DNA of 32,000 bases from Synechocystis sp. PCC 6803 substr. PCC-P (GCF_000284455.1 NC_017039.1:1350001-1382000); one strand, 5' to 3'. Shown: positions 9,461 through 19,069, counted from the stretch's first letter. A program made the numbers and translations. Notes: a model not told the origin generated them from the sequence alone.

Positions 9461-11185
9461 ATGCTCCGACTCGAACACATCCGCAAAATTTATCCCACCG
9501 GCGAAGTTCTTAAAGATGTGAACTGGGAAGTTAAACCAGAAGAACGGGTAGGCCTGGTGGGGGTCAACGGGGCCGGAAAATCCACCCAACTCAAGATCAT
9601 TATGGGGGAAGTGGAGGCCACTGCGGGGGAAATTATTCGCCCAGCGGCGCTGAAAATTGCCCATTTAACCCAAGAATTTGACGTTACTCCCAGCCGTACT
9701 TTGCGGGAGGAAATGTGGACGGTATTCACCGAGGCGAACCAGGTTCAGGATGCCATGCACCACGTCCATCAGGAAATGGAAGTAGCCGATCCCGATACCC
9801 TAGAAAATTTAATTCACAAATTAGATAAATTACAGCGGCAATTTGAAGGCCTAGACGGTTATCGTTTGGAGTCGCAAATTGAGCGGATTTTGCCAGAAAT
9901 TGGTTTTGAGCCGGAGGATGGCGATCGCCTGGTGAGTTCCTTTAGTGGCGGCTGGCAGATGCGGATCAGTTTAGGCAAAATTTTACTCCAGGAGCCGGAT
10001 TTACTGCTGTTGGACGAGCCCACCAACCATTTAGATTTAGAAACCATTGAATGGCTAGAAACTTACCTCAAGGGCTTAAAAACTCCCATGGTGATTATTT
10101 CCCATGACCGGGAATTTCTCGACCGGCTTTGCACCAAAATTGTCGAAACGGAACGGGGAATTTCCACCACCTATCTGGGCAATTATTCCAGTTATCTAGT
10201 GCAGAAAGAAGAAGGCAATCTTGCCCTGGCCAGTGCCTATGAACATCAACAAAAGGCCTTGGCTAAACAACAAGCTTTTGTGGATAAATTCCGGGCCAGT
10301 GCCACCCGCAGTACCCAAGCGAAAAGCCGAGAAAAGCAACTAGAAAAAATTGAACGGGTAGAAGCTCCTGTGGGTGGAGTAAGAACCCTAAAATTCCATT
10401 TCCCCCCTGCCCCCCGCAGTGGCCGGCAAGTGGCGCTTATTGAAGATATTTCCCATTCCTTTAACGATAAATTGCTCTTCCTGGGGGCTAATTTGGAAAT
10501 TGAACGGGGCGATCGTATTGCTTTTTTGGGGCCCAACGGTTGCGGTAAATCCACCCTCCTGCGGATGATTATGGGTATGGAATTGCCAGACGAAGGGCAA
10601 ATAAAATTAGGGGAACACAATATTTTGCCCGGCTATTTTGAGCAAAACCAAGCGGAAGCTTTGGATTTAGAAAAAACCGTTATGGAGACCATCCATGATG
10701 AAGTGCCCGACTGGAAAAATGAAGAAGTGCGGACCCTGTTAGGAAGATTTCTCTTTTCTGGGGAAACGGTGTTTAAAAAAGTGGCCGCCCTCAGTGGGGG
10801 GGAAAAAGCCCGTTTAGCCTTGGCGAAAATGTTGCTCACCCCGGCCAACTTTTTAATCCTTGATGAACCGACCAACCATTTGGATATTCCCGCCAAAGAA
10901 ATGCTGGAAGAAGCTTTGCAGGAATATGAAGGCACCGTGGTACTAGTTTCCCATGACCGTTATTTTATTTCTCGAGTAGCTAATAAAATAGTGGAAGTTC
11001 GGGACGGGGAACTGGTGGCTTACAGCGGTGATTACCACTACTATTTAGAAAAGTTAGAAGTGGAAAAAGCCGAAGAAAAGCGTCGTCTGGCCGCTGAACA
11101 AGCTGCTAAAAAACAAGCCGAAAAACGGGCTAAACAAGCGGCGAAAAAGGCAGAACAGAAGAGCAAAAAAGTGATTGCTCCTTAG
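9461..11185 (+). CDS. ABC-F family ATPase (two tandem ABC domains, no membrane domain)
   Basis: Domain 1 has Walker A GVNGAGKST, signature FSGGWQMR and Walker B LLLLDEPTNHLD. Domain 2 has GPNGCGKST, LSGGEKAR and FLILDEPTNHLD. An inter-domain linker and a Lys/Ala/Glu-rich C-terminal tail are also present. Confidence 0.9.
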   Translation: MLRLEHIRKIYPTGEVLKDVNWEVKPEERVGLVGVNGAGKSTQLKIIMGEVEATAGEIIRPAALKIAHLTQEFDVTPSRTLREEMWTVFTEANQVQDAMHHVHQEMEVADPDTLENLIHKLDKLQRQFEGLDGYRLESQIERILPEIGFEPEDGDRLVSSFSGGWQMRISLGKILLQEPDLLLLDEPTNHLDLETIEWLETYLKGLKTPMVIISHDREFLDRLCTKIVETERGISTTYLGNYSSYLVQKEEGNLALASAYEHQQKALAKQQAFVDKFRASATRSTQAKSREKQLEKIERVEAPVGGVRTLKFHFPPAPRSGRQVALIEDISHSFNDKLLFLGANLEIERGDRIAFLGPNGCGKSTLLRMIMGMELPDEGQIKLGEHNILPGYFEQNQAEALDLEKTVMETIHDEVPDWKNEEVRTLLGRFLFSGETVFKKVAALSGGEKARLALAKMLLTPANFLILDEPTNHLDIPAKEMLEEALQEYEGTVVLVSHDRYFISRVANKIVEVRDGELVAYSGDYHYYLEKLEVEKAEEKRRLAAEQAAKKQAEKRAKQAAKKAEQKSKKVIAP

Positions 11186-11285
11186 ATACGGCCAGGGTAA
11201 AAATTCTGAATCTATCCCTGGTCTGTCGATCTGGAGGGACAGTTCAGGTTATGGTGCGAGGATGTGTTAGTTTTTGCACCTCACC

Positions 11286-12299
11286 ATGGTCTCCGTTCAA
11301 AATTCCCTCCGCCTGCAGATAGAAAACCGGCTCCTCAGCCATCCCCAGAGCTATGTCAACCATGGCCAGGATGTTATTGCTGGTTTACAGCAATCCCCTA
11401 AAACTTTGCCGCCCCACTATTTTTACGACGACCGGGGTTCCCTGCTGTTTGAGCAAATTTGCTTACTGCCGGAATATTATCCCACCCGCACCGAAGCGAG
11501 CATTCTCCAGGCGATCGCCAAGGAATTGGTGCAAATTACGGGGCCCTGTGACTTCATTGAATTGGGTAGCGGCAGTTCCACTAAAACCCGGATTTTATTA
11601 GATGCCTTTGCGGAAGAAAATATTGCCCTACGCTATATTCCCGTTGATATCAGTGAAGCGATTTTAAGAGAAAATGCGGAGGCTATTTTAGCTACCTATC
11701 TCCACTTAACGGTGCAAGGTTTAGTAAGTACTTATCAGTTGGCGTTGGCATCATTGCCCGATCATAATTATCCCCATCGTTTGATGGCATTTTTAGGCAG
11801 TTCTCTCGGTAATTTTTCCCCTGAAGATTGTCAAGTATTCTTTGAACAAGTAGGTCAAGCGTTAGACCCAGGGGATTACTTTTTATTAGGGGTGGATTTA
11901 TGCAAACCTGCTGATATTTTAGAAGCCGCCTATAACGATGCCCAAGGGGTAACGGCGGAATTTAATTTAAATATGTTGCGCCATTTAAATTGGCGTTTTC
12001 AAGGTAATTTTGCGTTGGATAACTTTTCCCATCGGGCTGTATTTAATCAGCAAAAATCCCAAATTGAAATGTATTTACGCAGTGGCACGAAGCAAACGGT
12101 GCGGTTGGAAAATCTTGATTTAACGGTGGATCTGCAAGCTGGAGAAACCATTCTGACGGAAATATCCCGCAAATTTTCCCTCCATGCTAACAATCCCAAC
12201 GCCATTCCCCGGCAATTGGCGGACCATGGCCTAGAGCCACTCCAAGTGTGGACCGATGACCAACAATGGTTTGCTGTGATTTTAAGCCGGGTCAACTAG
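11286..12299 (+). CDS. egtD: EgtD-like SAM-dependent histidine N-alpha-methyltransferase (Methyltransf_33 family)
   Basis: PPHYFYDDRGSLLFEQICLLPEYYPTRTEASIL, ELGSGSSTKTRILL and YIPVDIS are hallmark EgtD-family motifs. The track start (11274) is a TTG. The first ATG is at 11286. Confidence 0.7.
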   Translation: MVSVQNSLRLQIENRLLSHPQSYVNHGQDVIAGLQQSPKTLPPHYFYDDRGSLLFEQICLLPEYYPTRTEASILQAIAKELVQITGPCDFIELGSGSSTKTRILLDAFAEENIALRYIPVDISEAILRENAEAILATYLHLTVQGLVSTYQLALASLPDHNYPHRLMAFLGSSLGNFSPEDCQVFFEQVGQALDPGDYFLLGVDLCKPADILEAAYNDAQGVTAEFNLNMLRHLNWRFQGNFALDNFSHRAVFNQQKSQIEMYLRSGTKQTVRLENLDLTVDLQAGETILTEISRKFSLHANNPNAIPRQLADHGLEPLQVWTDDQQWFAVILSRVN

Positions 12300-12885
12300 C
12301 AGCAAATACCCCTGCCTGACAATCCCTCAACCATAAACGAATGCCTTGGGCGATCGCCCCGGTGCTGGCATCCCGTCGGGGAGAAGGGGGCTGATCCGGG
12401 GAGCTTCCCCCTAATTGTTGGTACAGTAAGGCCAATTGCCAACCCTGCTCCGTTTGCACAAAAAATGCCCAGTAAAAATTCTGGCTGGCGATCGCCCGTT
12501 GGTCGGTGTAGCTTCTTTCCAGGGTGGTGAAAAAAACCTGTTTAGTGGTATCCGGTACTTCCGTTTGCCACTGTTGTTGAGCTAGGGGCAGGGGATCAAA
12601 ATCCGCATTGCCAGCAATCAAAATGTAAGTTCTCAAAGGAACGCCACCAATTTGACTCCGTTGCATGACCCGATTGGTATAACTGGGCAGTGCGTCCAGT
12701 AGGGGGGGCATCAATTCCGCTAACGGTTGTTGGCAGTGGCCTCCGTTGGGGGAGCGGCTATTTCTGGCTTGGGCGGAGCTTAAACCCAGGCCTGTGACCA
12801 ATATCAAGGCAAAGCCAGTGACAGATAGGCCAAATTTGACTACCGAGGAGAAGCCCAACAATTTTAAACAGCAAGGTCTTGGCAT
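12292..12885 (-). CDS. Hypothetical exported or membrane-anchored protein
   Basis: The N-terminus from the ATG at 12883-12885 is hydrophobic ([40 protein letters not shown]). I recognised no domain. It overlaps the pyrF 3' end by ~22 nt, which suggests co-transcription. Confidence 0.5.
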   Translation of the reverse strand: MPRPCCLKLLGFSSVVKFGLSVTGFALILVTGLGLSSAQARNSRSPNGGHCQQPLAELMPPLLDALPSYTNRVMQRSQIGGVPLRTYILIAGNADFDPLPLAQQQWQTEVPDTTKQVFFTTLERSYTDQRAIASQNFYWAFFVQTEQGWQLALLYQQLGGSSPDQPPSPRRDASTGAIAQGIRLWLRDCQAGVFAAS

Positions 12886-13559
12886 AATCTTTCCCAAGCG
12901 GCTTCGGGACTAGGATCAGCAGTGATGGGTCGACCAATGACCACATAATTGGCCCCAGCGGCGATCGCCTGGGCGGGAATCATGACCCGTTGTTGATCGC
13001 CTGGGGCCGACCAGAGAGGCCGCACGCCGGGGGTAACCAGTAAAAATTCAGGGCCGCAGGTTTGCCTCAGTTTAGCCACTTCCTGGGGGGAACACACCGC
13101 TCCATCAATGCCAGCATTTCGGGCCAACCGGGCCATGGCGTTGACGTAATCATCCACGGCTAAGGGTTGTTGTAACTCTTCCCGTAACTGGCGATCGCCA
13201 ATGCTAGTGAGCAGGGTAATGGCCAACAGTTTGGGAGGATGGGGCAATGGGGCCATGGCTTGGGCGGCTAAGGTTAAAGCTTGACTTCCCGCAGTGGCAT
13301 GGAGAGTGAGTAAATCCACTTCGTACCGACTGGCAGACAGGCAGGCCCCCAACATCGTATTGGGAATGTCATGGAATTTCAGATCCAAAAAAATCCTTTT
13401 ACCCCGGTCTTTTAACTCCGCCAAAATGACCGGCCCCGCCCCCACAAATAATTCCAGCCCCACCTTCCAAAAACCTACCCCTGGCAAACGATCCACTAAG
13501 GCGATCGCCTTGGGTAAATCCGGCACATCTAGGGCAACAATTACTTGGTCTGGGGTCAT
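12864..13559 (-). CDS. pyrF: Orotidine 5'-phosphate decarboxylase
   Basis: [25 protein letters not shown] and VVIGRPIT are the canonical OMP decarboxylase motifs. The product is 231 aa. Confidence 0.9.
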   Translation of the reverse strand: MTPDQVIVALDVPDLPKAIALVDRLPGVGFWKVGLELFVGAGPVILAELKDRGKRIFLDLKFHDIPNTMLGACLSASRYEVDLLTLHATAGSQALTLAAQAMAPLPHPPKLLAITLLTSIGDRQLREELQQPLAVDDYVNAMARLARNAGIDGAVCSPQEVAKLRQTCGPEFLLVTPGVRPLWSAPGDQQRVMIPAQAIAAGANYVVIGRPITADPSPEAAWERLCQDLAV

Positions 13560-13605
13560 GGCAAAGTTGAGGAGTTATGGCAGAGGAATGGGAAAATTCG
13601 AGCTT

Positions 13606-14490
13606 TTACAGGTCGTCACTGGGGGGCGGCAAAGTACGCAATACTTCCACCATGGTAGGGGTAGCAAATAGGGCTTTCGTATCTGCAATTAACTGCTCTC
13701 CCCAAAGATTTTTGACCAGGAAATCAATTTCCCCATAGCGACTATCTAAATTGAGGGCATCCTGGGCCTTCCGCAATCCTTCCTCCGTTTTGCCCTGTTT
13801 ATACAACGCCACGGCGATCGCCAATTGGGGTTCCGGTTGTTCGGAGTCAATTTTGATCACTTCTTGCCAACGTTTGAGGGCGGTGTCAATTTTTCCCTGT
13901 TCGTATTCAATCAAACCAATATTGTTGAGGGCCGGCCAGAACTGCTCTTCTGCTTTCAATGCTTTTTGGTAGGCAGTGACCGCATCGGGATATTTGACCA
14001 ACTTGAGGTAGGCATTCCCCAAATCAAACAAAGCGGCGGGGGTATCGGGGCGCTGGGCCAAACCTGCTAGCAACACCTCCACAGCTTGGTCATACTGACC
14101 TTTTTGGAAATAGGCATTACCCAAAGTAAACTTAATGCCTGCTTCCTCTGGAGCCAAGGCCTCGGCTTTTTTCAGCACTGTGATGCCCGGCTCCACTTCC
14201 TCCTGCTGTAGATAAAGAGTGCCGAGAATGAACCAGGTTTGAAACTGTTCCGGGGCCAGTTGGGTTGCCAGTTTAGCCCGGGGAAAGGCCAGGTCGTACT
14301 GCTGAAAGCGCACCAATTGCACCACATCTTCTGTGAGCGCCAGGCCCTGATCTTCCAACTGCTGTTGGTCTAAATTGGGGGTGTAGGGCAGAACCGCCTG
14401 GGAAAACACCGGAGCCGCCCCACCGGCCAAGCCCAGTTGTAGTCCCCATAAAAGCAACCAATGACGTTTTGACACAGTAAATTTTTCCAT
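13606..14490 (-). CDS. Periplasmic/secreted TPR-repeat protein
   Basis: It has a signal peptide (MEKFTVSKRHWLLLWGLQLGLAGGAAPVFSQA). This is followed by about 6 tandem 34-aa TPR-like units (for example ALFDLGNAYLKLVKYPDAVTAYQKALKAEEQF). Confidence 0.8.
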   Translation of the reverse strand: MEKFTVSKRHWLLLWGLQLGLAGGAAPVFSQAVLPYTPNLDQQQLEDQGLALTEDVVQLVRFQQYDLAFPRAKLATQLAPEQFQTWFILGTLYLQQEEVEPGITVLKKAEALAPEEAGIKFTLGNAYFQKGQYDQAVEVLLAGLAQRPDTPAALFDLGNAYLKLVKYPDAVTAYQKALKAEEQFWPALNNIGLIEYEQGKIDTALKRWQEVIKIDSEQPEPQLAIAVALYKQGKTEEGLRKAQDALNLDSRYGEIDFLVKNLWGEQLIADTKALFATPTMVEVLRTLPPPSDDL

Positions 14491-14753
14491 CGATCAATGT
14501 TTTGAGCCGTCGTGGGGGAACGTTACAGTCTCCCAGCTTACCCAAAGCAAAACCTAATCATTAGGTTAAATAGGGTAGGGCCCAACACCTTGGTGGTGTG
14601 CGTTTATTGTATCTAGCCCGACGTTGTTTTGGCCATCCATCTTCATCCTTAGGAGCCGGAAACAATTTTGTTCCATGCCCCATTCCCCCCTCAGCCAGGC
14701 TAACTTCACCGATGAATTTTTCCCCAGCATCTTTCTTTTCTTTCCTTATCCCT

Positions 14754-15242
14754 ATGCAGCTTGGGCGGGAATTAATCATGCCGCTGGGCTTAGCTGTGAC
14801 TTTTGGGTTAACGTTTTCCCCTGCCGCTAAGGTTATGGCCCAAACGCCCTCCACAGATCCAGACTTTGCCAGTGTGAAGCAACAATTGGAAGCCAAGCAA
14901 TTCAAAGTTTTGTTGTCGCCCCCTCCCCAGCGGGGAGCCTATGGATTAATCAATGCTGAAAGCCGCACTATTTGGATTCATCCCCTCACCTTTGAACTGG
15001 GTATTGCGGTGCCGGTCATTATCCATGAGGCAGTCCATGCCGCCCAAGTATGTAAGGGTAAAGGTCAATTAGCCCCCCTGGGGGTAACGGCCGAACCATT
15101 GGTCTATGCCCAACCTTTCTGGCTCAGGTATGGCAATATTCACCGCCAAGACTTGGAGCGGGAAGCATTCACCATACAGACCCAACCCAATCGCATGGCC
15201 TTAGTTTCTGGTTACCTTAATCAATTTTGCCCATCTCGATAA
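14754..15242 (+). CDS. Small exported protein with an HExxH motif (putative metallopeptidase-like)
   Basis: The candidate signal peptide is MQLGRELIMPLGLAVTFGLTFSPAAKVMAQ. The motif VIIHEAVHAAQ is HExxH-like. The start is ambiguous: GTG 14598, ATG 14712 or ATG 14754. Confidence 0.45.
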   Translation: MQLGRELIMPLGLAVTFGLTFSPAAKVMAQTPSTDPDFASVKQQLEAKQFKVLLSPPPQRGAYGLINAESRTIWIHPLTFELGIAVPVIIHEAVHAAQVCKGKGQLAPLGVTAEPLVYAQPFWLRYGNIHRQDLEREAFTIQTQPNRMALVSGYLNQFCPSR

Positions 15243-15243
15243 C

Positions 15244-15351
15244 TCATTTCCGCCAGGGCCAACGGGTACCCATTTCGGTTTTGGCGGACCAAATTAGGTA
15301 AAGCACCAACAGGCCAACGCCTGCAAGAAAGGGCAATAGATCTTCTTTCAT
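15244..15351 (-). CDS. Possible 35-aa single-TM micro-protein (not in the ORF track, too short)
   Basis: My own translation gives ATG (complement of 15349-15351) to TGA (complement of 15244-15246): MKEDLLPFLAGVGLLVLYLIWSAKTEMGTRWPWRK. It has one hydrophobic helix and a basic tail. There is no other support. Confidence 0.2.
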   Translation of the reverse strand: MKEDLLPFLAGVGLLVLYLIWSAKTEMGTRWPWRK

Positions 15352-15538
15352 AACTTCCCACGTCGTAATTTTGCTTAGGCTACAGCAAAAAAAGGCGATC
15401 GCCACAGTCAATGACGACAGACAGGTCCAAACTCAAAATAAAATTTCAATACTAAACAACTTTATTAATCTTTACAGTTTTCCTGAGTTGGTGGAACTAT
15501 CATTGTTTTACCAAGATCCCAACTTGATTATAGAGTTT

Positions 15539-15796
15539 ATGTTTTTACAGTCCTGGAAAAGCTTAGAGGGAACCCATTTGAAGGACAAGTACTTACTTGA
15601 AACCTTGCTTGGGATTGGTGGGTTCGGCGCAGTGTTTCTGTCAAAAACAGTCGGCCACGATGGGGCGATCGCCAAGGTTGCGGTGAAATTAATGGTCTGG
15701 GATAGCAAAAGGGAAAAAGAACAAACCCAAGAACTGGAGTTGGCAACTACGCTCAAGCACGACAGGCTAATCAATTTTGTCGATCTTGATCATTGA
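15539..15796 (+). pseudogene. Truncated Hanks-type Ser/Thr protein kinase, N-lobe only (subdomains I-IV)
   Basis: YLLETLLGIGGFGAVFLSKT is the Gly-rich loop GxGxFG. AKVAVKLM contains the VAxK catalytic lysine. ELELATTLKHDRLINFVD matches the alpha-C helix and subdomain IV (Lx-H-x-x-I). The frame then stops at 15796, 3 nt from the stop of the convergent HNH gene. No HRD, DFG or APE motif follows. Confidence 0.55.
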
Positions 15797-15799
15797 TGC

Positions 15800-16042
15800 T
15801 TAGCAATGGCGACGACGAAAGCGGGGATCAAACTTAGCTCCTTTACTGCCATTACAACTCTGACAAAGAGTTTGCAGATTACTCATGTCATTACTACCGC
15901 CCCTTGCCAAAGGAATAATGTGATCTACCTGTAAAGCCGTTTCATTGTGACTACAACCACAAGCTCGACAACGGTAATTATCCCTTCGGAAAACATACTC
16001 ACGAACGACGGCAGGGATGGGAATACGGGGCGTTTTTTCCAT
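15800..16042 (-). CDS. Small stand-alone HNH endonuclease
   Basis: YRCRACGCS...LQVDHIIPLARGGSNDMSNLQTLCQSCNGSKG is an HNH nuclease motif flanked by CxxC pairs. The probable start is the ATG at 16040-16042 (MEKTPRIPIP...). The track ORF extends to 16102. Confidence 0.8.
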   Translation of the reverse strand: MEKTPRIPIPAVVREYVFRRDNYRCRACGCSHNETALQVDHIIPLARGGSNDMSNLQTLCQSCNGSKGAKFDPRFRRRHC

Positions 16043-16155
16043 GGGAGTGGCACAAGAAACAAGGAAAATATCAATTTTTGTAAAGTCGAAGTCAACGGCC
16101 AATTAGTTTGAGCATAGCCTTGTATTAGAGCGATTTTTCCACTAACGAGGCTTCC

Positions 16156-18594
16156 ATGTCCAAGATTGCGCCCCAATGTCAGAATCTCCGTGAGCAAGTT
16201 AATCAGTTAATCGAGCTTCTGCGCCAGGAACCCACACTCCGCAGTCAGCAGGACACCAGCATTGTGGAAACGGCCTTAGGAAAGGCACTGTCCCCCCGGT
16301 TTGAAATTGTTTTTGCCGGGGCTTTTAGTGCCGGTAAGTCCATGCTGATCAATGCGTTGTTGGAGCGGGAATTGCTTTATAGTGCAGAAGGTCACGCCAC
16401 GGGGACAGAATGTCATATTGAATATGCTAACGCCAATGAAGAAAGGGTAGTGTTAACTTTTTTGAGTGAAGCGGAAATTCGTCAGCAGGCTTTGATTTTA
16501 GCAAAATATCTCAATGTCAATGTGGGGGATTTAAATATTAATCAACCTGAAGCAGTGAAGGTGGTTAGTCAATATTGTCAGAAAATAATTGCAGAAGAAG
16601 GGGGAGAAAATAAGTCAGAACGAGCCAAACAAGCCAATGCTCTACACTTACTACTAATAGGATTTGAGCAAAATCGAGAAAGGATTAATACTGTACAAAA
16701 TTCCACGTATTCTATGGATCAGTTAAATTTTTCTAGTTTAGCTGAAGCGGCAGGTTATGCGAGGCGGGGAGCTAATAGTGCGGTGCTTAAACGATTGGAT
16801 TATTTTTGTAATCACTCATTATTAAAAGATGGCAATGTCTTGGTGGATTTGCCAGGGATTGATGCCCCAGTTAAAGAAGATGCGGAAAGAGCTTACCGTA
16901 AAATTGAAAGCCCGGATACCTCAGCAGTGATCTGTGTGCTTAAACCAGCGGCAGCAGGAGATATGAGTGCAGAAGAAACACAATTATTAGAACGCATCAG
17001 CAAAAATCATGGCATCCGAGATCGGGTATTTTATGTGTTTAATCGCATTGACGATACTTGGTACAATACTCAACTGCGACAACGGCTAGAGGGTTTAATT
17101 CAGTCGCAATTTCGGGATAATTCTAGGGTCTATAAAACCAGTGGTTTACTTGGTTTCTACGGCAGTCAAGTTAAGCAGACTAATAGTAGTACTCGTTTTG
17201 GCTTGGACTCAATTTTTGCCACCACCATCAAAGGTTTTGACGGAGAGGAAGAAACACCACAATTTGTTAGCGAGTTTAATAACTACTGTGCTAATTCTGG
17301 TAAGTTATTGTCCACTGCTTTCCGGGTCTCGGTCAATGGTTATGAAACATCTAATGAAAATTATGTCAGAATTTTAAGTGAATGGGGAATACCATTAGTT
17401 GATCAACTAATCCATGACAGCGGAATTGAATCTTTTCGTTCTGGCATTGGTCTTTATTTAGCAGAGGAAAAATATCCTGAACTATTTGCAACTCTAGCTA
17501 ATGATTTGCAACCGTTATGTATTGCTCTACGGCAATTTTATCTAGAAAATTATCGGCAGTTAGATAGTCAGCCCCGGGAAATTGCGGCGATGAAAGCTCA
17601 GGAATTAACTTTGCTTAATCAAGAAATGCAAAATCTGGGTATTGAGTTCAAAAAATATATGAGTGCTCAAATTAATGATGTGGTTATCGGCAATGATCGG
17701 GAATTTGACCAAGATTTTACTAAGTTAAAAGCAAGAATGGTGGCTCGATTAGATGAGTTGTTAAAAACTTTTTCGGTAATGAATGCCTATAAGCGAGCAA
17801 CGGAAAGTCATCCTCGTAATTCCACAGCTCCTTTTATTGCAGTTTTGGTGGAGGCTTTATATTATCTTGCTAATGAATTGGAAGATGCTTTCATAGAAGC
17901 TATTCATGAGCTAGTTAAAAATTTCTTTCAACGATTAGGCGATCGCCTACGAAAAGTGGATTGTTACCATCAAGTTTATCGTTTGGTTGGCAATGATGGC
18001 GGTATTGAGCAACTATTACGACGGGCGGAAGAAGATATAACTAAAGCCTTGGTTAATGAAGCTCGAACGGAATGTGATCGTTATGTGCGGGAAAGTCCCC
18101 GATTTTATGATGAAGGTACTTTTTCCATTTATCAATTCCGGCAAACTCTCCAGCAAACTTCCCAGGGTTATGATGCCCAGGCGATCGTGGAAGCGGAACC
18201 AGCTATTAAGGAGTTGCTAAAACTAGATTTTGAACCTAAAGTTTTCAATACTGTACGGAAAAATTTCCGACAAACCGTCAATAATACCCTAAAAACCCAT
18301 CTGCTACCAATGGCAGAAGAACAAGCCCAAATAATTTTAGAACAGTATGATGTGGCAAGGAAATATCGTGAGCAAACGTTGGAACAGGATGCCGAAGAAA
18401 AAATTGCTCGCAATTCCCGTTTACAATCGGAGATTAAACAGAAAATCGATCTTTACCAAACGAGTATTGTTAGCATTAATGAATGTTTAAAAGCCATGCA
18501 AATTTTTGAGCAGTTACCTGTTATTACAGAATCAGACATTACTAAGCAAGCAGAAATAGTTGCAGATGCAGATTTTGTGGAAATAGTAGAATAA
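16156..18594 (+). CDS. Dynamin-family large GTPase (bacterial dynamin-like protein), 812 aa
   Basis: The Dynamin_N-type G domain is readable. G1 is FEIVFAGAFSAGKSMLINALLERELL (GAFSAGKS at 16318-16341). The candidate switch-I Thr lies in GHATGTECHIEY. G3 is VLVDLPGIDAP. The G4-like motif is VFYVFNRIDD. About 500 aa of predicted helical stalk follow. I saw no obvious TM segment. Confidence 0.8.
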   Translation: MSKIAPQCQNLREQVNQLIELLRQEPTLRSQQDTSIVETALGKALSPRFEIVFAGAFSAGKSMLINALLERELLYSAEGHATGTECHIEYANANEERVVLTFLSEAEIRQQALILAKYLNVNVGDLNINQPEAVKVVSQYCQKIIAEEGGENKSERAKQANALHLLLIGFEQNRERINTVQNSTYSMDQLNFSSLAEAAGYARRGANSAVLKRLDYFCNHSLLKDGNVLVDLPGIDAPVKEDAERAYRKIESPDTSAVICVLKPAAAGDMSAEETQLLERISKNHGIRDRVFYVFNRIDDTWYNTQLRQRLEGLIQSQFRDNSRVYKTSGLLGFYGSQVKQTNSSTRFGLDSIFATTIKGFDGEEETPQFVSEFNNYCANSGKLLSTAFRVSVNGYETSNENYVRILSEWGIPLVDQLIHDSGIESFRSGIGLYLAEEKYPELFATLANDLQPLCIALRQFYLENYRQLDSQPREIAAMKAQELTLLNQEMQNLGIEFKKYMSAQINDVVIGNDREFDQDFTKLKARMVARLDELLKTFSVMNAYKRATESHPRNSTAPFIAVLVEALYYLANELEDAFIEAIHELVKNFFQRLGDRLRKVDCYHQVYRLVGNDGGIEQLLRRAEEDITKALVNEARTECDRYVRESPRFYDEGTFSIYQFRQTLQQTSQGYDAQAIVEAEPAIKELLKLDFEPKVFNTVRKNFRQTVNNTLKTHLLPMAEEQAQIILEQYDVARKYREQTLEQDAEEKIARNSRLQSEIKQKIDLYQTSIVSINECLKAMQIFEQLPVITESDITKQAEIVADADFVEIVE

Positions 18595-18682
18595 TCAACC
18601 ATGAATTAAAATCTACATTGAGACCAGCAAATAGCTGAATAATTTTTCTTTTGATTTAAGTAACCTTTCTGACATACAAGCA

Positions 18683-19045
18683 ATGCAAATTATCTACGAC
18701 GAATTCCTAGAATCCCTAAATGCTGATGACGTCCTACAGTTATTAGACAAACAGTTTCCCGGCAAATTGTTTTCAGTATCTCGTATTAAACATACCTTAG
18801 AATATTCTTTTCAGCAGCCACCACAAGAGAAATTTATTGAGCAATTAGAACTTGGATCTAGAGCAAGCATTTACTTGGGTCAAGGTGTTGATTGTCGAAT
18901 TTTAAAAGCTGGATCCAGTGGCTGGAAAAAAGGAAGGATTGCAGTTAATGTGTCTGTAGAGTTCATTCCCGATGAGCCTGAGGCAAATGAATATCAATCT
19001 CCGTTAGATGAAATTCGTCGAGAAATACAATCTGATCTTCAATGA
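18683..19045 (+). CDS. Small KGK-like protein, paralog 1 (120 aa)
   Basis: The product ends ...SSGWKKGRIAVNVSVEFIPDEPEANEYQSPLDEIRREIQSDLQ. It shares the (K)KG(K/R)-I-x-(V/I)-x-(L/V)-EFIPDE ... SPLDEIRRE tail with the next two ORFs. It resembles the cyanobacterial KGK domain (Pfam PF08872, recalled from memory). Confidence 0.7.
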   Translation: MQIIYDEFLESLNADDVLQLLDKQFPGKLFSVSRIKHTLEYSFQQPPQEKFIEQLELGSRASIYLGQGVDCRILKAGSSGWKKGRIAVNVSVEFIPDEPEANEYQSPLDEIRREIQSDLQ

Positions 19046-19069
19046 TTTATCAATTGAAATATTAAAAAT

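Noticed and set aside
11186-11250. Hairpin ccaggg...ccctgg downstream of the ABC-F gene, considered as a terminator
   Set aside because: It has only a 6-bp stem, an ~18-nt loop and no following T-tract. That is too weak to call.
14561-14905. Minus-strand 114-aa ORF and the 14273..14545 ORF around the TPR / HExxH intergenic region
   Set aside because: They overlap the better-supported plus-strand HExxH protein or the TPR gene. They have no motifs and no plausible start context.
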